DNA of 63,510 bases, filler included, from Octopus bimaculoides (GCF_001194135.2; 5 parts of 5 records of this genome joined end to end with filler, not necessarily neighbours in it); one strand, 5' to 3'; positions 1 to 11,560 are shown, counted from the whole stretch's first letter. Notes: generated from the sequence alone by a model not told the origin. Translations and numbers: made by a program.

Positions 1-78
1 CACACACATATAGTACACACATACTATATACATCATATGATCGTAGATTTTTTTCCACGAAATGTTGCATATATATGT

Positions 79-115
<37 letters not shown>

Positions 116-273
116 GTTGCTGAGGTTGCTTAGTCTTTAAGTCAATCCGCATCGAACAATATTAATTAATAGTTAATGATCAAAGGCAATCCAGTCGAGG
201 CCATCCCTACGTTTTAAAGGTATCTGGGATTATATTATTTAATAATGATAGCAGTCCACATATAAATTGTTAT

Positions 274-425
274 AAAGCGGCGAAATGGCAGAATCGTTAG
301 CACACCGGAACAAAAAAAAATAAATAAATAAATGCTTAGCGACATATCGTCTGTCTATACGTTCTGAGTTTAATTTTCCGCCGAGCTCGACTTAGCCATA
401 CACCTTTTTCCAAGCCTTTTGCCTT
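274..425 (+). mobile_element. SINE family A (tRNA-derived), degraded 5' part
   Basis: Matches the head aaggcggcgagctggcagaatcgttagc...ttctgagttcaaattccgccgaggtcgac that recurs about 20 times in the window. Confidence 0.8.
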
Positions 426-512
426 CAGTACAAAGAATTATTTAAAATGTTGACGTGATGTTTGGAGATGACAGTTAAGCGTGGACCAGGCAAGCGAAGT
501 ATTAACATAGTT

Positions 513-830
513 CAGGGGTCGGGGAACTTTTTTTAAACAATTACCTCAAAATTTATTTATGCCGACGTTACCCACTCGATTAGAAAAGAAGAAAATCAAA
601 TTCTTCGAATTCAAAAAGCTTATTGAATCTATTCATATGAATCTATTAATATGTCCATGACATCGGACAGATGCAGTGTTGCCAGAAGAAAAATTTGTCG
701 TAGCAAGGAACACATTTTTAAAAAATATATATATAATTTTACTTAAGTCTTATGAGTCCGCATTATCAAGAATTTCATTTTTATCCCACTTGGGGTAATT
801 TACCACGCTTCGCCGAACCACGATATAGAT
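513..830. mobile_element. Possible degenerate hAT-type MITE
   Basis: Starts caggggtcggggaac and ends cttcgccgaaccacg (about 10/15 inverted match), with internal ttaccc/ggggtaat motifs; no TSD resolved. Confidence 0.35.
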
Positions 831-1106
831 GTTTAATTAGCTAAGTATAATCAAGTTGTTTGTTAACTGTCAGATTCGAGTTCAAACTACGCTGGAGTAA
901 ATTTTGTTTTTATGATACCGAGGTCGAGAGAACTAGCAGTAAAAGGAAAAGAGAGAAAGAAAGAGTGAGCGTGTGTGTGTGTATTTACTTTGTACTAATA
1001 TGAAATAAAATTTTAAATATCGATACATCCTTGGAGTAACTGTAAAAATTAACCTTCATGAGATGAGCATCAACTTTAACATTCCAGCACAAACCGAACA
1101 ATATAT

Positions 1107-1582
1107 ATAGGCGTGGCTGTGTGGTACGAAGCTTACTTCTCAACCATATGGATCTGGGTTCAGCGCAACAGCGCGGCACGCTGAGTAAGTGTCTTCTAAT
1201 ACAGCCCCGGGCCGATCAAATCCTTGTGAATAGATTTCCTTTCGAGGTCGATAAATTAAATACCAGTTGCGTACTGAGGTTGATCTAATCGACTGATCGC
1301 TCCCCAAAAGTTTCAGGCCTTGTGCCTAGAGTTTAAAAGGAATGTACAAATGTGTGTATGTGTGTGTGTTTACATCAGTTTGACCCCCACTGCTTGACAA
1401 TCGGTGATAGAGTGTTTACGTACTCGTAACTTAGCAGTTCGGCAAAACCGGAGTCGATAGATTAAGTACTAGGCTTTAAAAAAAAAAAAAAAAAGTACTG
1501 GGGTTGATTCATTCAACCAAAATTTCAAGGCGGTGCCCCAGCAAGGCCGTAGTGTAATGACTGAAACTAGTAAAAGATAATA
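1107..1582 (+). mobile_element. SINE family B, interrupted by the 3' half of a SINE-A (1238-1340)
   Basis: Head ggcgtggctgtgtggtacgaagc and tail aaggcggtgccccagcaaggccgtagtgtaatgactgaaactagtaaaaga; the middle is replaced by cctttcgaggtcgataaattaaataccag...ccttgtgcctag. Confidence 0.85.
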
Positions 1583-3462
1583 TAGTATGATACAATATAA
1601 TGTAACACACACACACACACACACACACATTATATATGTGTGTGTGTGTGTGTGTGTGTAACCTAGTTGATGGTTATGAAATTTCAATGAAATAATTAAA
1701 AACACGACTGTTATCACTGAACATTTAAGATCTTACGAACACCTTTCTACGGACTGTTTTCACGTGATCAATCGCATATTCAACCAGACCTTATAGCAAG
1801 CATTATATAAACATCCCATAATCATTTTTATATCATTATATAAACATCCACCCACATAAATGATACCATTCACGTGACCCACATACGTATACATTCAAAC
1901 CTACAGATATATGTATGCAGCAACGTTCAGTGCTATTATAGTTTATTAAATGTACGTAACATTTTCACACGCTGGAAAATAAAACGAATGAATGAGAGAG
2001 AGAGAGAGAGGGGTAATGCGTCCACGAGATTTTTTCCCCATCCATTTAACATTCCAGTTAACAGTTATAGTTATTCATTATGCACACCCGCAAACAATGC
2101 CCATCAAAATGAACAAAATAACGAATTCGTTAAATGATCCACTGGAGTGCGAAGAGTTGGCTGGAAAAGCGAAAATATTAACCTTTAAGTCAGCGATTGG
2201 GTAGCAATCCTCACGGGCAAGTGCCCTCTACTTACTATACCTCTGTGCCGACCAAAGCTTTGCGAGTAGATTAGGTTGACGGAAACTAAAAGAAGCCCGT
2301 CGCGCGCGTGTGCACATTATATATATATATATATATATNNNNNNNNNNNNNNNNNNNNNNNNNNNNNNNNNNNNNNNNNNNNNNNNNNNNNNNNNNNNNN
2401 NNNNNNNNNNNNNNNNNNNNNNNNNNNNNNNNNNNNNNNNNNNNNNNNNNNNNNNNNNNNNNNNNNNNNNNNNNNNNNNNNNNNNNNNNNNNNNNNNNNN
2501 NNNNNNNNNNNNNNNNNNNNNNNNNNNNNNNNNNNNNNNNNNNNNNNNNNNNNNNNNNNNNNNNNNNNNNNNNNNNNNNNNNNNNNNNNNNNNNNNNNNN
2601 NNNNNNNNNNNNNNNNNNNNNNNNNNNNNNNNNNNNNNNNNNNNNNNNNNNNNNNNNNNNNNNNNNNNNNNNNNNNNNNNNNNNNNNNNNNNNNNNNNNN
2701 NNNNNNNNNNNNNNNNNNNNNNNNNNNNNNNNNNNNNNNNNNNNNNNNNNNNNNNNNNNNNNNNNNNNNNNNNNNNNNNNNNNNNNNNNNNNNNNNNNNN
2801 NNAGGATCGATTTGCTTCACAAGAGCCTTCCAGTGACTAAGACATGCACACACACAATATATATATATATATATATATTTCTACGCGCACATATATATAC
2901 TGCATACATACATACATACTATATACATATGTGTGTTTGTGTTTGTGTGTATACACACACATACATGCGTATACATTCACGTGTGTGTGTGTGTGCGTGT
3001 GTGTGTGTGTGTGCGTGTGTGTGTGTGTGTGCGTGCACGTGCGTGCATGCGCATAAACGTAGATGAGCTGAGTCATTAGTGTACTACTGCACAACCAGGC
3101 GTTGGCTGTGTCCTGCCAATCGGCTCAGTATTCAGTTTGTGGTAATGGCACTTCAACTATAAATAGTACAATTGCTAATGAGCGTGGAAATCTCTATGCA
3201 GTCGCTCATCTTGCTTACCACAAATCACCGCATCGTCTTCACACCGTTATCTCAACTTTCATGACAATAGTAACTAGATTTATAAGACTTTCGTGACTTG
3301 CTGGGAGAAAAATTTGGGGACATGAGAAAACTAAAATAGTTACAAGCTGGAATCGAAACATGTTCGCTTTTTCTACTTGTCGTTGAAGAAAGGGAAAAAA
3401 AGAAAAAGAATGAAAGAAAGTTAGGCACACACGCGAATGTGATATATTTTCAACGAACGAAC

Positions 3463-3637
3463 GAGCTTAGCGGCATTCCGTCTGTCTTCGTGTTCTGAGG
3501 TCATATTCTACCGAGGTCGACTTTGGCTTTCAGCCTTTCGGGGGTCGATAATATAAGTACCAGTTGAACACTGGGGTCGATGTAATCGACTCATCCCCAC
3601 CTCCCCCCAAGCTGCTCTTGTGGCAAAAATTTGAAAT
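3463..3637 (+). mobile_element. SINE family A
   Basis: gcttagcggcatt...ttctgaggtc...cctttcgggggtcgataatataagtaccagttgaacactggggtcgatgtaatcgac. Confidence 0.85.
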
Positions 3638-3850
3638 AAGTACCACTTGAGCACCGGATTTAATCAACTAGCACCCTCTCCTTAAAACGGACATTTACAG
3701 AAAAGAACGCAATAATGAGAATAGAATAAAATCTCTTGTAAATTTTTGTGTGGACAAGTGACCCATAAGTTCCTCTCCATGGTTGATTTAACTACTGGTT
3801 GAATAAGCGGTTGAACATGGAATTTACTGTACTTTATACTTGTAGCAATC

Positions 3851-4020
3851 CTTTCCACTAAAGGCACAAGGCTCGAAATTTTGGGGAGGGAACTACTCGT
3901 TTACATCCCCCACCTCTAATATTTCACTGGTACTTAATTTATTGACCCCGAAAGGGTGAAAGGTAAACTCGACTTCGGCGGAATTTGAAATCAGATCGTG
4001 CAGACGGATGAAAAGCCGCA
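3851..4020 (-). mobile_element. SINE family A
   Basis: Reverse complement of the family A body and tail. Confidence 0.85.
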
Positions 4021-4224
4021 CTTTATAGTCTAATAACTTTTGATATACACAAACGGCTACAATATGTAAGGGAGACAAATGGCGATTAGTACCAGCCTAG
4101 TACAGGCTATTGACACAACCAACTCTTAAGTAGCCCGGAAACACGGTGAGGAAGGAAGTAAAAGGTAAAGTAGACCCTGGTGATTTACTTTGTGTTTCTA
4201 TGCATGTAAATACTTGCTCCTAAT

Positions 4225-4432
4225 TAAGACAAAAAGCCAGAAGTTTTGAGCAGGAGGGCTTAGCGAATTATATCAAACACTGTACTTGAGTGGCACTTTA
4301 TTTTAAATGGCCCCGAAGGAAAGAAAGGCGATACCGAAATCGGCCGGGTTTGATCTCAAAACGCAAAGAGCCGAAAGAAATATAGCAAAGCGCTTATTTC
4401 GACACTTCAATGAGATTCTGCCAGCTCATCAC
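4225..4432 (-). mobile_element. SINE family A, degraded
   Basis: Diverged reverse-complement match to family A. Confidence 0.7.
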
Positions 4433-4854
4433 CGTTTCATTTGTTATTATCATTTTAAAAAATATCCTTTTAGTCATTCTATCTGACTCTTTCGTTGAAC
4501 CTCAAAATTAAGAGGATGTAAACAAACCACCAGTGATTATTAACAGATAAAGCGCGACGGGCCACGATCGTGGCCCAGATAGATGCATTTAATTAATGGG
4601 CGTTTGTTGGGGTCTAATGTCACTCAAAAGCTCCGAATATCCCTTCCCCCCACCAGAATGCATGAGGACTAATAGTTCAACTAATGACGTTTCAGATGAT
4701 GTAAAACTTGCCACCATTATATACTAAGAAAATATTTGATCTATTTTTTATTTTTAGGTGTGCATGGTAGTCTCATTCTCATAAAATGTGCTCAGTAGCT
4801 CATGCTATGTAAGTGTAAAATCCCAGCGCTTTATGGGTTAAAAGGACGAAGGAG

Positions 4855-4938
<84 letters not shown>

Positions 4939-4944
4939 CAGGCG

Positions 4945-5095
4945 TTCACAAAGTTTCCGTCCGCCATATTCACTCACAGGCTATTGGTCGGTTCGGAGCT
5001 ATAGTAGAAAACGCAAGCCCAAGGTGCCGCGTAGAGGGACTGAACCCGAAACCCTGAGATTACAAAGGGCTGTACTTAACTACATAACCACGTGT
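4945..5095 (-). mobile_element. SINE family B head, degraded
   Basis: gtttccgtc...ctatagtagaaaacgcaagcccaaggtgccgcgtagagggactgaaccc. Confidence 0.75.
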
Positions 5096-5115
5096 GTAAT
5101 AATAACGGCTTGTAT

Positions 5116-5290
5116 TTTAGGCACAAGACAACAATTTTTTGAGGGGAGGGGTTAGTAGACTCCACCGACTCCAATACTTGACTAGTACTTCATTTTATCA
5201 ACCATGAAGGGATGAAAATCAGAGTTGACCTTGGCAGGATTTGAACTCCGAACAAATACCACAAATGCTTATCTTTTCTTCGACGACACA
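5116..5290 (-). mobile_element. SINE family A, degraded
   Basis: Reverse-complement match to the family A core and tail. Confidence 0.75.
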
Positions 5291-5327
5291 AATGATTTTA
5301 TTACTCTACTATCTGCATATATATAGT

Positions 5328-5697
5328 GTGGAGGCGCAATGGCCCAGTGGTTAGGGCAGCGGACTCGCGGTCATAGGATCGCGGTTTCGATTTCCAGACC
5401 GGGCGTTGTGAGTGTTTATTGAGCGAAAACACCTAAAAGCTCCACGAGGCTCCGGCAAGGGATGGTGGCGAACCCTGCTGTACTCTTTCACCACAACTTT
5501 CTCTCACTCTTACTTCCTGTTTCTGTTGTGCCTGTAATTCAAAGGGCCAGCTTTGTCACACTGTGTCATGCTGAATATCTCCAAGATAAGGGTACACGTG
5601 TCTGTGGAGTGCTCAACCACTTGCACGTTAATTTCACGAGCAGGCTGTTCCGTTGATCGGATCAACTGGAACCCTCGACGTCGTAAGCCAACAACAA
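5328..5697 (+). mobile_element. SINE family C, near full length, tRNA-Arg-like head
   Basis: A-box TGGCCCAGTGG, B-box-like GGTTTCGATTTCC, (CAA)n tail, candidate TSD GCATATATAT at 5315-5324 and 5699-5708; a second copy lies at 60967-61264. A tRNA-Arg-like head is consistent with the OR-type SINEs known from Octopus. Confidence 0.9.
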
Positions 5698-5877
5698 AGC
5701 ATATATATTATGTATAATTGCGTGTTAAGGTTATCTCTACAATCTGTAGAGATGACCTTAATACGGGGTTAAAGTGCAATGTTAACACAGTAGTACACGA
5801 TATTGACTTATAAAACGTTTAATATACTTTGTAGCATCCCATGGTCGCATAACAAAATACCGTATACCTACAATCAT

Positions 5878-5932
<55 letters not shown>

Positions 5933-5944
5933 ACTGATTTCAAT

Positions 5945-6150
5945 TTTGGTTCAAGGCCAGCAAGTTCGGAAGAATGAGTTAAGTCGATTACATCGACCCC
6001 AATAGTCGACTGGTACTTATTTTATCGACTCCGAAAGGATGAAAGGCAAAGTTGACCTCGACAGAATTTGAACTCAGAATGTAAAGACGGACGAAATGCC
6101 GCTAAGCAGTTTTCCCCCAACGTGCTAACGACTCTGCCAGCTCACTACCT
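5945..6150 (-). mobile_element. SINE family A
   Basis: Full reverse-complement copy, head-to-head with the next copy. Confidence 0.9.
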
Positions 6151-6170
6151 TTATATTATAATTAAAATAT

Positions 6171-6375
6171 CTGAGCTGACAGATTCGTTACCACGTCGGA
6201 CAAAATGCTTAGAGGCATTTCTTCCGGTTTTATGTTCCGAGTTCAAATCCTGTCAATGTCGACTTTACCTTTTATCGAGGTCATTGAAATAAATACCAGT
6301 TAAGCACTGGAATTGATGTAATCGACTAGTCTTCTCTTCCAAAATTTCAGACTTTGTGCCTATAGCAGAAAGAAT
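6171..6375 (+). mobile_element. SINE family A
   Basis: tgagctgacagattcgtta...gagttcaaatcc...ctttgtgcctatagcagaaag followed by an (ATT)n tail. Confidence 0.85.
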
Positions 6376-6394
6376 AATAATTATTATTGTTATT

Positions 6395-6840
6395 AAGGCG
6401 GTGAGCTGGCAGAATCTTTAGCGCGCTGGACGAAATGCTTAGCGGCATTTCGCCTGTCGCTACTTTCTGAGTTCAAATTCCTATTTCTTTATTGCCCACA
6501 AGGGGCTAAACATAGAGGGGACAAACAAGGACAGACAAAGGGATTAAGTCGATTACATCGACACCAGTGCGTAACTGGTACTTAATTTATCGACTCTGGA
6601 AGGATGAAAGACAAAGTCGACCTCGGCAGAATTTGAACTCAGAACGTAACGACAGACGAAATACCGCTAAGCATTTCGCCCGGCGAGCTAACGATTCTGA
6701 GTTCAAATTCTGCCGAGGTCGACTTCACCTTTCGTCCTTTCGGAGTCGATAAAATAAGCACCAGTCGAACACTGGGATCGATGCAATCGTCTCATCCCTT
6801 CTCCCAAAATTGCAGCCCTTGTGTCAAAATTTGAAACTAT
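6395..6840 (+). mobile_element. SINE family A split by an antisense SINE-A variant (6481-6699)
   Basis: The 16-bp direct repeat TTCTGAGTTCAAATTC at 6465-6480 and 6695-6710 flanks the inserted copy. Confidence 0.85.
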
Positions 6841-6914
6841 TATTATTATTATTATCATCATTATTATTATTATTATTGTTGTTATTATTATTATTATTAT
6901 TGTTGTTGTTATTC

Positions 6915-7050
6915 AAATTTCGCTGAGATTGACTTTGCCCTTCATCCACTTACGATTGATGAAACAAGTACCAGTTGAGCACTGGGTCGACATAATCGAC
7001 CAGACACCACTCTGCCGAATTTCAGGCTTTGTGCTTATGATAGCAGAAGG
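6915..7050 (+). mobile_element. SINE family A 3' part
   Basis: ttcaaatttcgctgagattgactttgccc...aagtaccagttgagcactgggtcgacataatcgac. Confidence 0.8.
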
Positions 7051-7609
7051 GAAAATATATTACATTATATCCTTCAGATAAATTGAAAGAGTGAACGCAC
7101 GCGCACGCACGAGCGTCTGTGTTAAATAAACAAGTATTTAGTACAGCAGACCTAATAGACGTACAGCAAGTAAAACTTGCTTCATACTTCAGCATTCACC
7201 TCATTCATATTCTGAATTCGAAATCTGTGTGTGAGGTGTAGATCACAATAGATACTGTTCAGCAATGGAATGTTTAAGTGGTAGGGGTTTTTATTAATAG
7301 AAGTATGCACTACGAACAGCGATGTGTGAGCGCGTTTGTGTGTGTGTATTCATATGCGTGTATGTGCTAACGTGTCTGTAGAGGAATATTTAGCGAATTT
7401 CTGCGTTATGGGTTTGCTTAGCTTCGGTTCAATCCTGATCAAGCTGTGAACTACACACTATATAAGGCGTTCAGTCATGACCACCAGTGGAGACGAATTA
7501 AATGCGAATGAGGAAAGTTTGCAAGCTAAGATGTCTGGGTTGGTGTAAATATTTGACGCATTGCCAGATCAGAGTCAGATTCCATGCAAAAAATACCCAG
7601 AGACGCAAT

Positions 7610-7657
7610 CCAGTTTGCTGATGAGGTCATTAGAGATCGAAACAAGCGCCGAATTGG
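7610..7657 (+). ncRNA. Type I hammerhead-ribozyme-like motif (probably decayed)
   Basis: Stem I CCAGTTTG/CGAATTGG, core CTGATGA, stem II GGTC/GATC, then GAAAC; the cleavage triplet lacks the U (GC instead of GUC). Confidence 0.55.
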
Positions 7658-7818
7658 CTCCCTTACATGCCGATATAATTAACATGATGGCATTTAATAT
7701 TAGTCTTTCACTAATATTGTTTTTCCTAACATTATAATTATATCTAATTACCTTTTAACAACTTCCTGCATTGAATATATCTTAATGCTAATTTGGTTAT
7801 TTATATATATAAAATAGC

Positions 7819-8062
7819 GGTAATCTTCAAGTTTGGGAGGATAAAAAAAAATATTCAAGGGAAATAACTGAACGACTTACCAGTATTATCCGTTTTCTTC
7901 TAGCTGTTTATAAATAAATCACACCCTAACCCTAACGTCAATCAAATCACGTGTTTGATTTATTTATAAATAGAGATGTACGGAGAATACTGGTAAGACG
8001 TTCAGTTACTTCCCTTGAATATTTTTATTTATTTTTTTATCCCCCTAAACTTGAAGATTACC
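7819..8062. mobile_element. MITE with long TIRs and 9-bp TSD (Mutator-like)
   Basis: About 105-bp inverted arms starting GGTAATCTTCAAGTTT; perfect TAAAATAGC duplication at 7810-7818 and 8063-8071; central CCCTAACCCTAAC. Confidence 0.9.
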
Positions 8063-8146
8063 TAAAATAGCTATGTAATTTCTACTGCACATATAACAGA
8101 TCCTAATAAAGGTTAATGCTACAAGTTCATGAGTTTTCATATATTC

Positions 8147-8177
<31 letters not shown>

Positions 8178-8330
8178 CACAGAGAGAGAGAGAGAGAGGG
8201 GGAGGGGGAGGAGAAAATGAGAGAGGGTGACTAGAGAGAGTAAGAGTGGTTGTCCAGCAAACTGGGGCACAATATTTGTTCTGAATTCCAATGCATTATC
8301 TACATTCCATATATTTCCTTATTTTATATA

Positions 8331-8700
8331 TTTTACTTACTTCAGTCATTGGACTGCGGCCATGCTGAGGCACCGCCTTAAAAGGTTCTAGTCGAACGAA
8401 TCGACTCCTAGTACTTATTTCATTTTTAAAGCCTGGTACATGTTCTGTCGGATCTTTTTGCTGGGCCGCTTAGTAAACAGACCAACACCGGTTGTCAAAC
8501 GGCGGTGAGGACAAATACCACACACACATGCATTTATGTACGACGGGCTTCTTTCAGTTTCCACCTACCAGATAGTCTTAAAAATCTTTGGTTGGCTCAG
8601 GGCTAGAGTAGAAGACACTTACCCATGGTGCCGCGATGTGGGACTGAACCCAAGACATGTTTGGGAAGCAAGCTTCTCAATGACAGAGCCACGCCTACGC
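8331..8700 (-). mobile_element. SINE family B, near full length
   Basis: ttacttcagtcattggactgcggccatgct...gacgggcttctttcagtttcc...gagccacgcctacgc. Confidence 0.9.
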
Positions 8701-9224
8701 ATGATATATTGAAAATGTCACTAGCTAATCCATGTCTAATCATCAGATTCTCATTAGCCGTGGATTTAACGTTTGGTGATGTCGAACCAACGCGAGAGCT
8801 TTTATGTAGTCGCTTGACCTGCTAGAAGAACTAAAAGGACGAAGCACATGTTGGACAATGTGCTCCGAGATATACTATATTTGCGATAACTGTGGGATAG
8901 TTATTGCCAAAACGTCCTTTTTTTTAATGATCTGATCGGTCACGTCTGACCTGAGGCTACATAAAAATCAAGAATAACAGCCATAATTTTGTGATGTCCC
9001 ATCTTAATTGTAATGTCATTTTACGCCACCTTATCTCTTCGCATTTAATCAATTATGTTCCAAATCAGTTTGCATTAATTAGTTTTCTACACTTGATACT
9101 TTCTTTAACATAAATAACAAAGCTCAATCAGTTTGCGTGTCTAATGAAACCAGGTTTCATTTTTTTAAAACACTCTAGTGGTACACTAAATGAAGGTCAC
9201 CCAGCTGCAAATAACGATTGCGCG

Positions 9225-9259
<35 letters not shown>

Positions 9260-9344
9260 ATAATGTTTTTGCTTACCTTAAACTATTCAGCATATGTTCT
9301 CAAGTTTCTTAATTTTTTTTGTTTCTAATAATAATTTCTAATTT

Positions 9345-10205
9345 AAGCATAGAGCCCGCAGTTTTGAGGGAAGCAGTAGGTTAATCCTTTCTACTAAAGG
9401 CACAAGACCCGAAATTTTGGTGAAGTGTAGTCGATTATACTGACACCAGTACCTGACCGGTACTTATTGATCCCGAAAGGATAAAAGGCAAAGTCGAGTT
9501 TCGTGGCATATGGACTCAGAACGTAAAACCGAAGAAATGTCGCAAAGTATTTTGTCCGACGAGCTAACGATTGCACCAGCTTGCCGCCTTAGGATGGCTA
9601 AGTCAATACCATCGACCCTATTTTTTAATTGGTACTTTATTCCATCGTCTGCAGACGAAAAACACAAAAGTCAAAAGTTAAGTTCGGCAGGATTTGAACT
9701 CAAAACGTAGCGAGCCGGAACAAATATCGCAAAGCATATTTTCCATCAGCTCGTCGTCCTTTTCTTGTTTTATGAATTGTTTCTACTTTATGCAGAAGTC
9801 CTGAAATTTTGGAACGAGGAGACTAGTTGATTACACCGACCCAGTGTTCAGCTGGTACTTATTTCGTCAACCCGGAAAAGATGACAGCCAAAGTAGACCT
9901 AGGCGGAATTTGAACGGGGGAGGTAAAAAACCGGAAATCACATCGTATACAATCTTCCTCGGCTATCTAACAATTCACCTCTTGTTTCTAACAATTATTC
10001 TTTCTAATTTCCGGCGCAAGAACAGCAATCTAGAGGGAGGACGTTAGCCGATTGCATCTATCTTAGTACCTGACTACTACTTTATTTTATTAACTCTAAA
10101 GAGGAATGATCGGCAAGACTCACTTCGACGGAATTTGAACTCAGGAGTAAATGAGCCGGGAGTAACACTGCAAAGCATTTTCTCTGTTGCTCTAATAATT
10201 CTGTC
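9345..10205 (-). mobile_element. Cluster of four to five SINE-A copies, all minus strand
   Basis: Repeated aggcacaag...gtcgattatac...ctggtactt...cccgaaaggat.aaaggcaaagtcgac...gaatttgaactcag at about 9345-9590, 9590-9745, 9780-9930 and 10010-10205. Confidence 0.8.
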
Positions 10206-10594
10206 TCTTGTTTTTAACAACAATAACAAAATAAGAGAGAACACTCAGATCTCTTCTACAAATATCTTTCCTCTAATAGAGATGGTAAAATTTAATATTT
10301 CGGAGAAAACTTAGATGATATCCAAACAGAGGAATACTTAACTTTGCCAAAGGAATTCTCATCGAACTGAAAAGAGAATCCCTACGAAGCCTTTCTACCC
10401 GAGAGAAGTAACAGCCATTTATCACTTCAGTCACACACTACTGTATCATCATGTATCGGATATAGAATTGCTGGTCACTATAGGAACCCTCGTTTAGGAC
10501 ATACTTCAAGAAGACCAATGATCAAGATATATGACCGCTGGTCTTGCCGATGAATGATGTCATAGGGCAAACAAAATAATGATAATAATAACGG

Positions 10595-10815
10595 TTCCAC
10601 ATTTTGGCACAAGGCCAGCAATTTCGGGGGACGGGATAAGTCGATTACGTCGAACCCTGTGCTCAACTGGTACTTATCAGCCCCGAAAGAATGAAAGGCA
10701 AAGTCGATCTCAGTGGCATTTGAGGTCACACTTTCGGGATCAAAATAAGTATCAGAAGCATTGGGGTCGGTGTAATCGACTGCGCTCTTCCCTAAAAATT
10801 CCCGGCCAAGAGCAG
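10595..10815. mobile_element. Two inverted SINE-A 3' halves
   Basis: Minus copy 10595-10720 is directly followed by plus copy 10725-10815. Confidence 0.75.
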
Positions 10816-11034
10816 AAATAAAAAATAAATAGAAATAAACTTTTGAAAATTAAAAAAAATTGAAAAAAAAAAAAAAAAAAATCAGAAATTTCCAGTGGAG
10901 TATTTTTTGTTTCATCATTTCATAACTTTAGTGTAGTCTCTGATGTCACTAGCAAGATTGTATTGCCCGTAGAAGTCGCAAAGCTGTTTGGTTATGTTGT
11001 ACGGTGTAAGGGTGGTAGATATTTCAATATATCT

Positions 11035-11237
11035 TAAGGTGGTGAGATAGCAGAATCGATAGCACGCCGGGCAAAATGTTTAGCGGCATTTCGTCCGTCT
11101 TTACATTCCGAGTTCAAATTTCACCTAGACGTCTTTGCCTTTCAGTCTTTCGAGGTCGATAAAATAAGTACCAGTCGAGCACTGGGGTTGATGTATTTGA
11201 TTTATCCCTCCCTCGAAATTATTAGATTTGTGCCAAA
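11035..11237 (+). mobile_element. SINE family A
   Basis: aagggtggtgagatagcagaatcgatagcacgccgggc...aagtaccagtcgagcactggggttgatgta. Confidence 0.9.
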
Positions 11238-11324
11238 ACTTTCTTTTAAGTGATATTTCAATACGTCCTTTTTGACACTCCGTGTATAAATCTTGTCTTG
11301 GTCAACCTCGCCTTTTATCTTTCC

Positions 11325-11560
11325 AGGTTGATAATGTATGCACGCGTGAAATACCAGTGATGGTTCGATACAAAGAACTATGCCACCACCTCCTAATATT
11401 TGACGTATTGAGCGTATCTTCGAAATCATCTGGTTTCTAATATCCCTAACCAAGCTTTTACATCTCGTATCGAACTGAGAGTACGACAAGTCTATTAAAG
11501 TGTATCTGGCCGATTTGACAATGGTTTGTATTCCGTTACTGGAACTACGTTTTGTCAATA
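11325..11560 (-). pseudogene. Possible decayed Merlin (IS1595/ISXO2-like) transposase fragment
   Basis: Translation ILGGGGIVLCIEPSLVFH resembles the Merlin motif LGGxGxxVxIDESxF; the downstream motifs are not recognisable. Confidence 0.3.

Noticed and set aside
5328-5400. Apparent tRNA-Arg gene
   Set aside because: No proper acceptor stem; it continues into a SINE body and recurs at 60967-61264
11310-11445. Strong plus-strand acceptor ccttttatctttccag|G
   Set aside because: No recognisable peptide or matching donor; it overlaps the possible transposase relic
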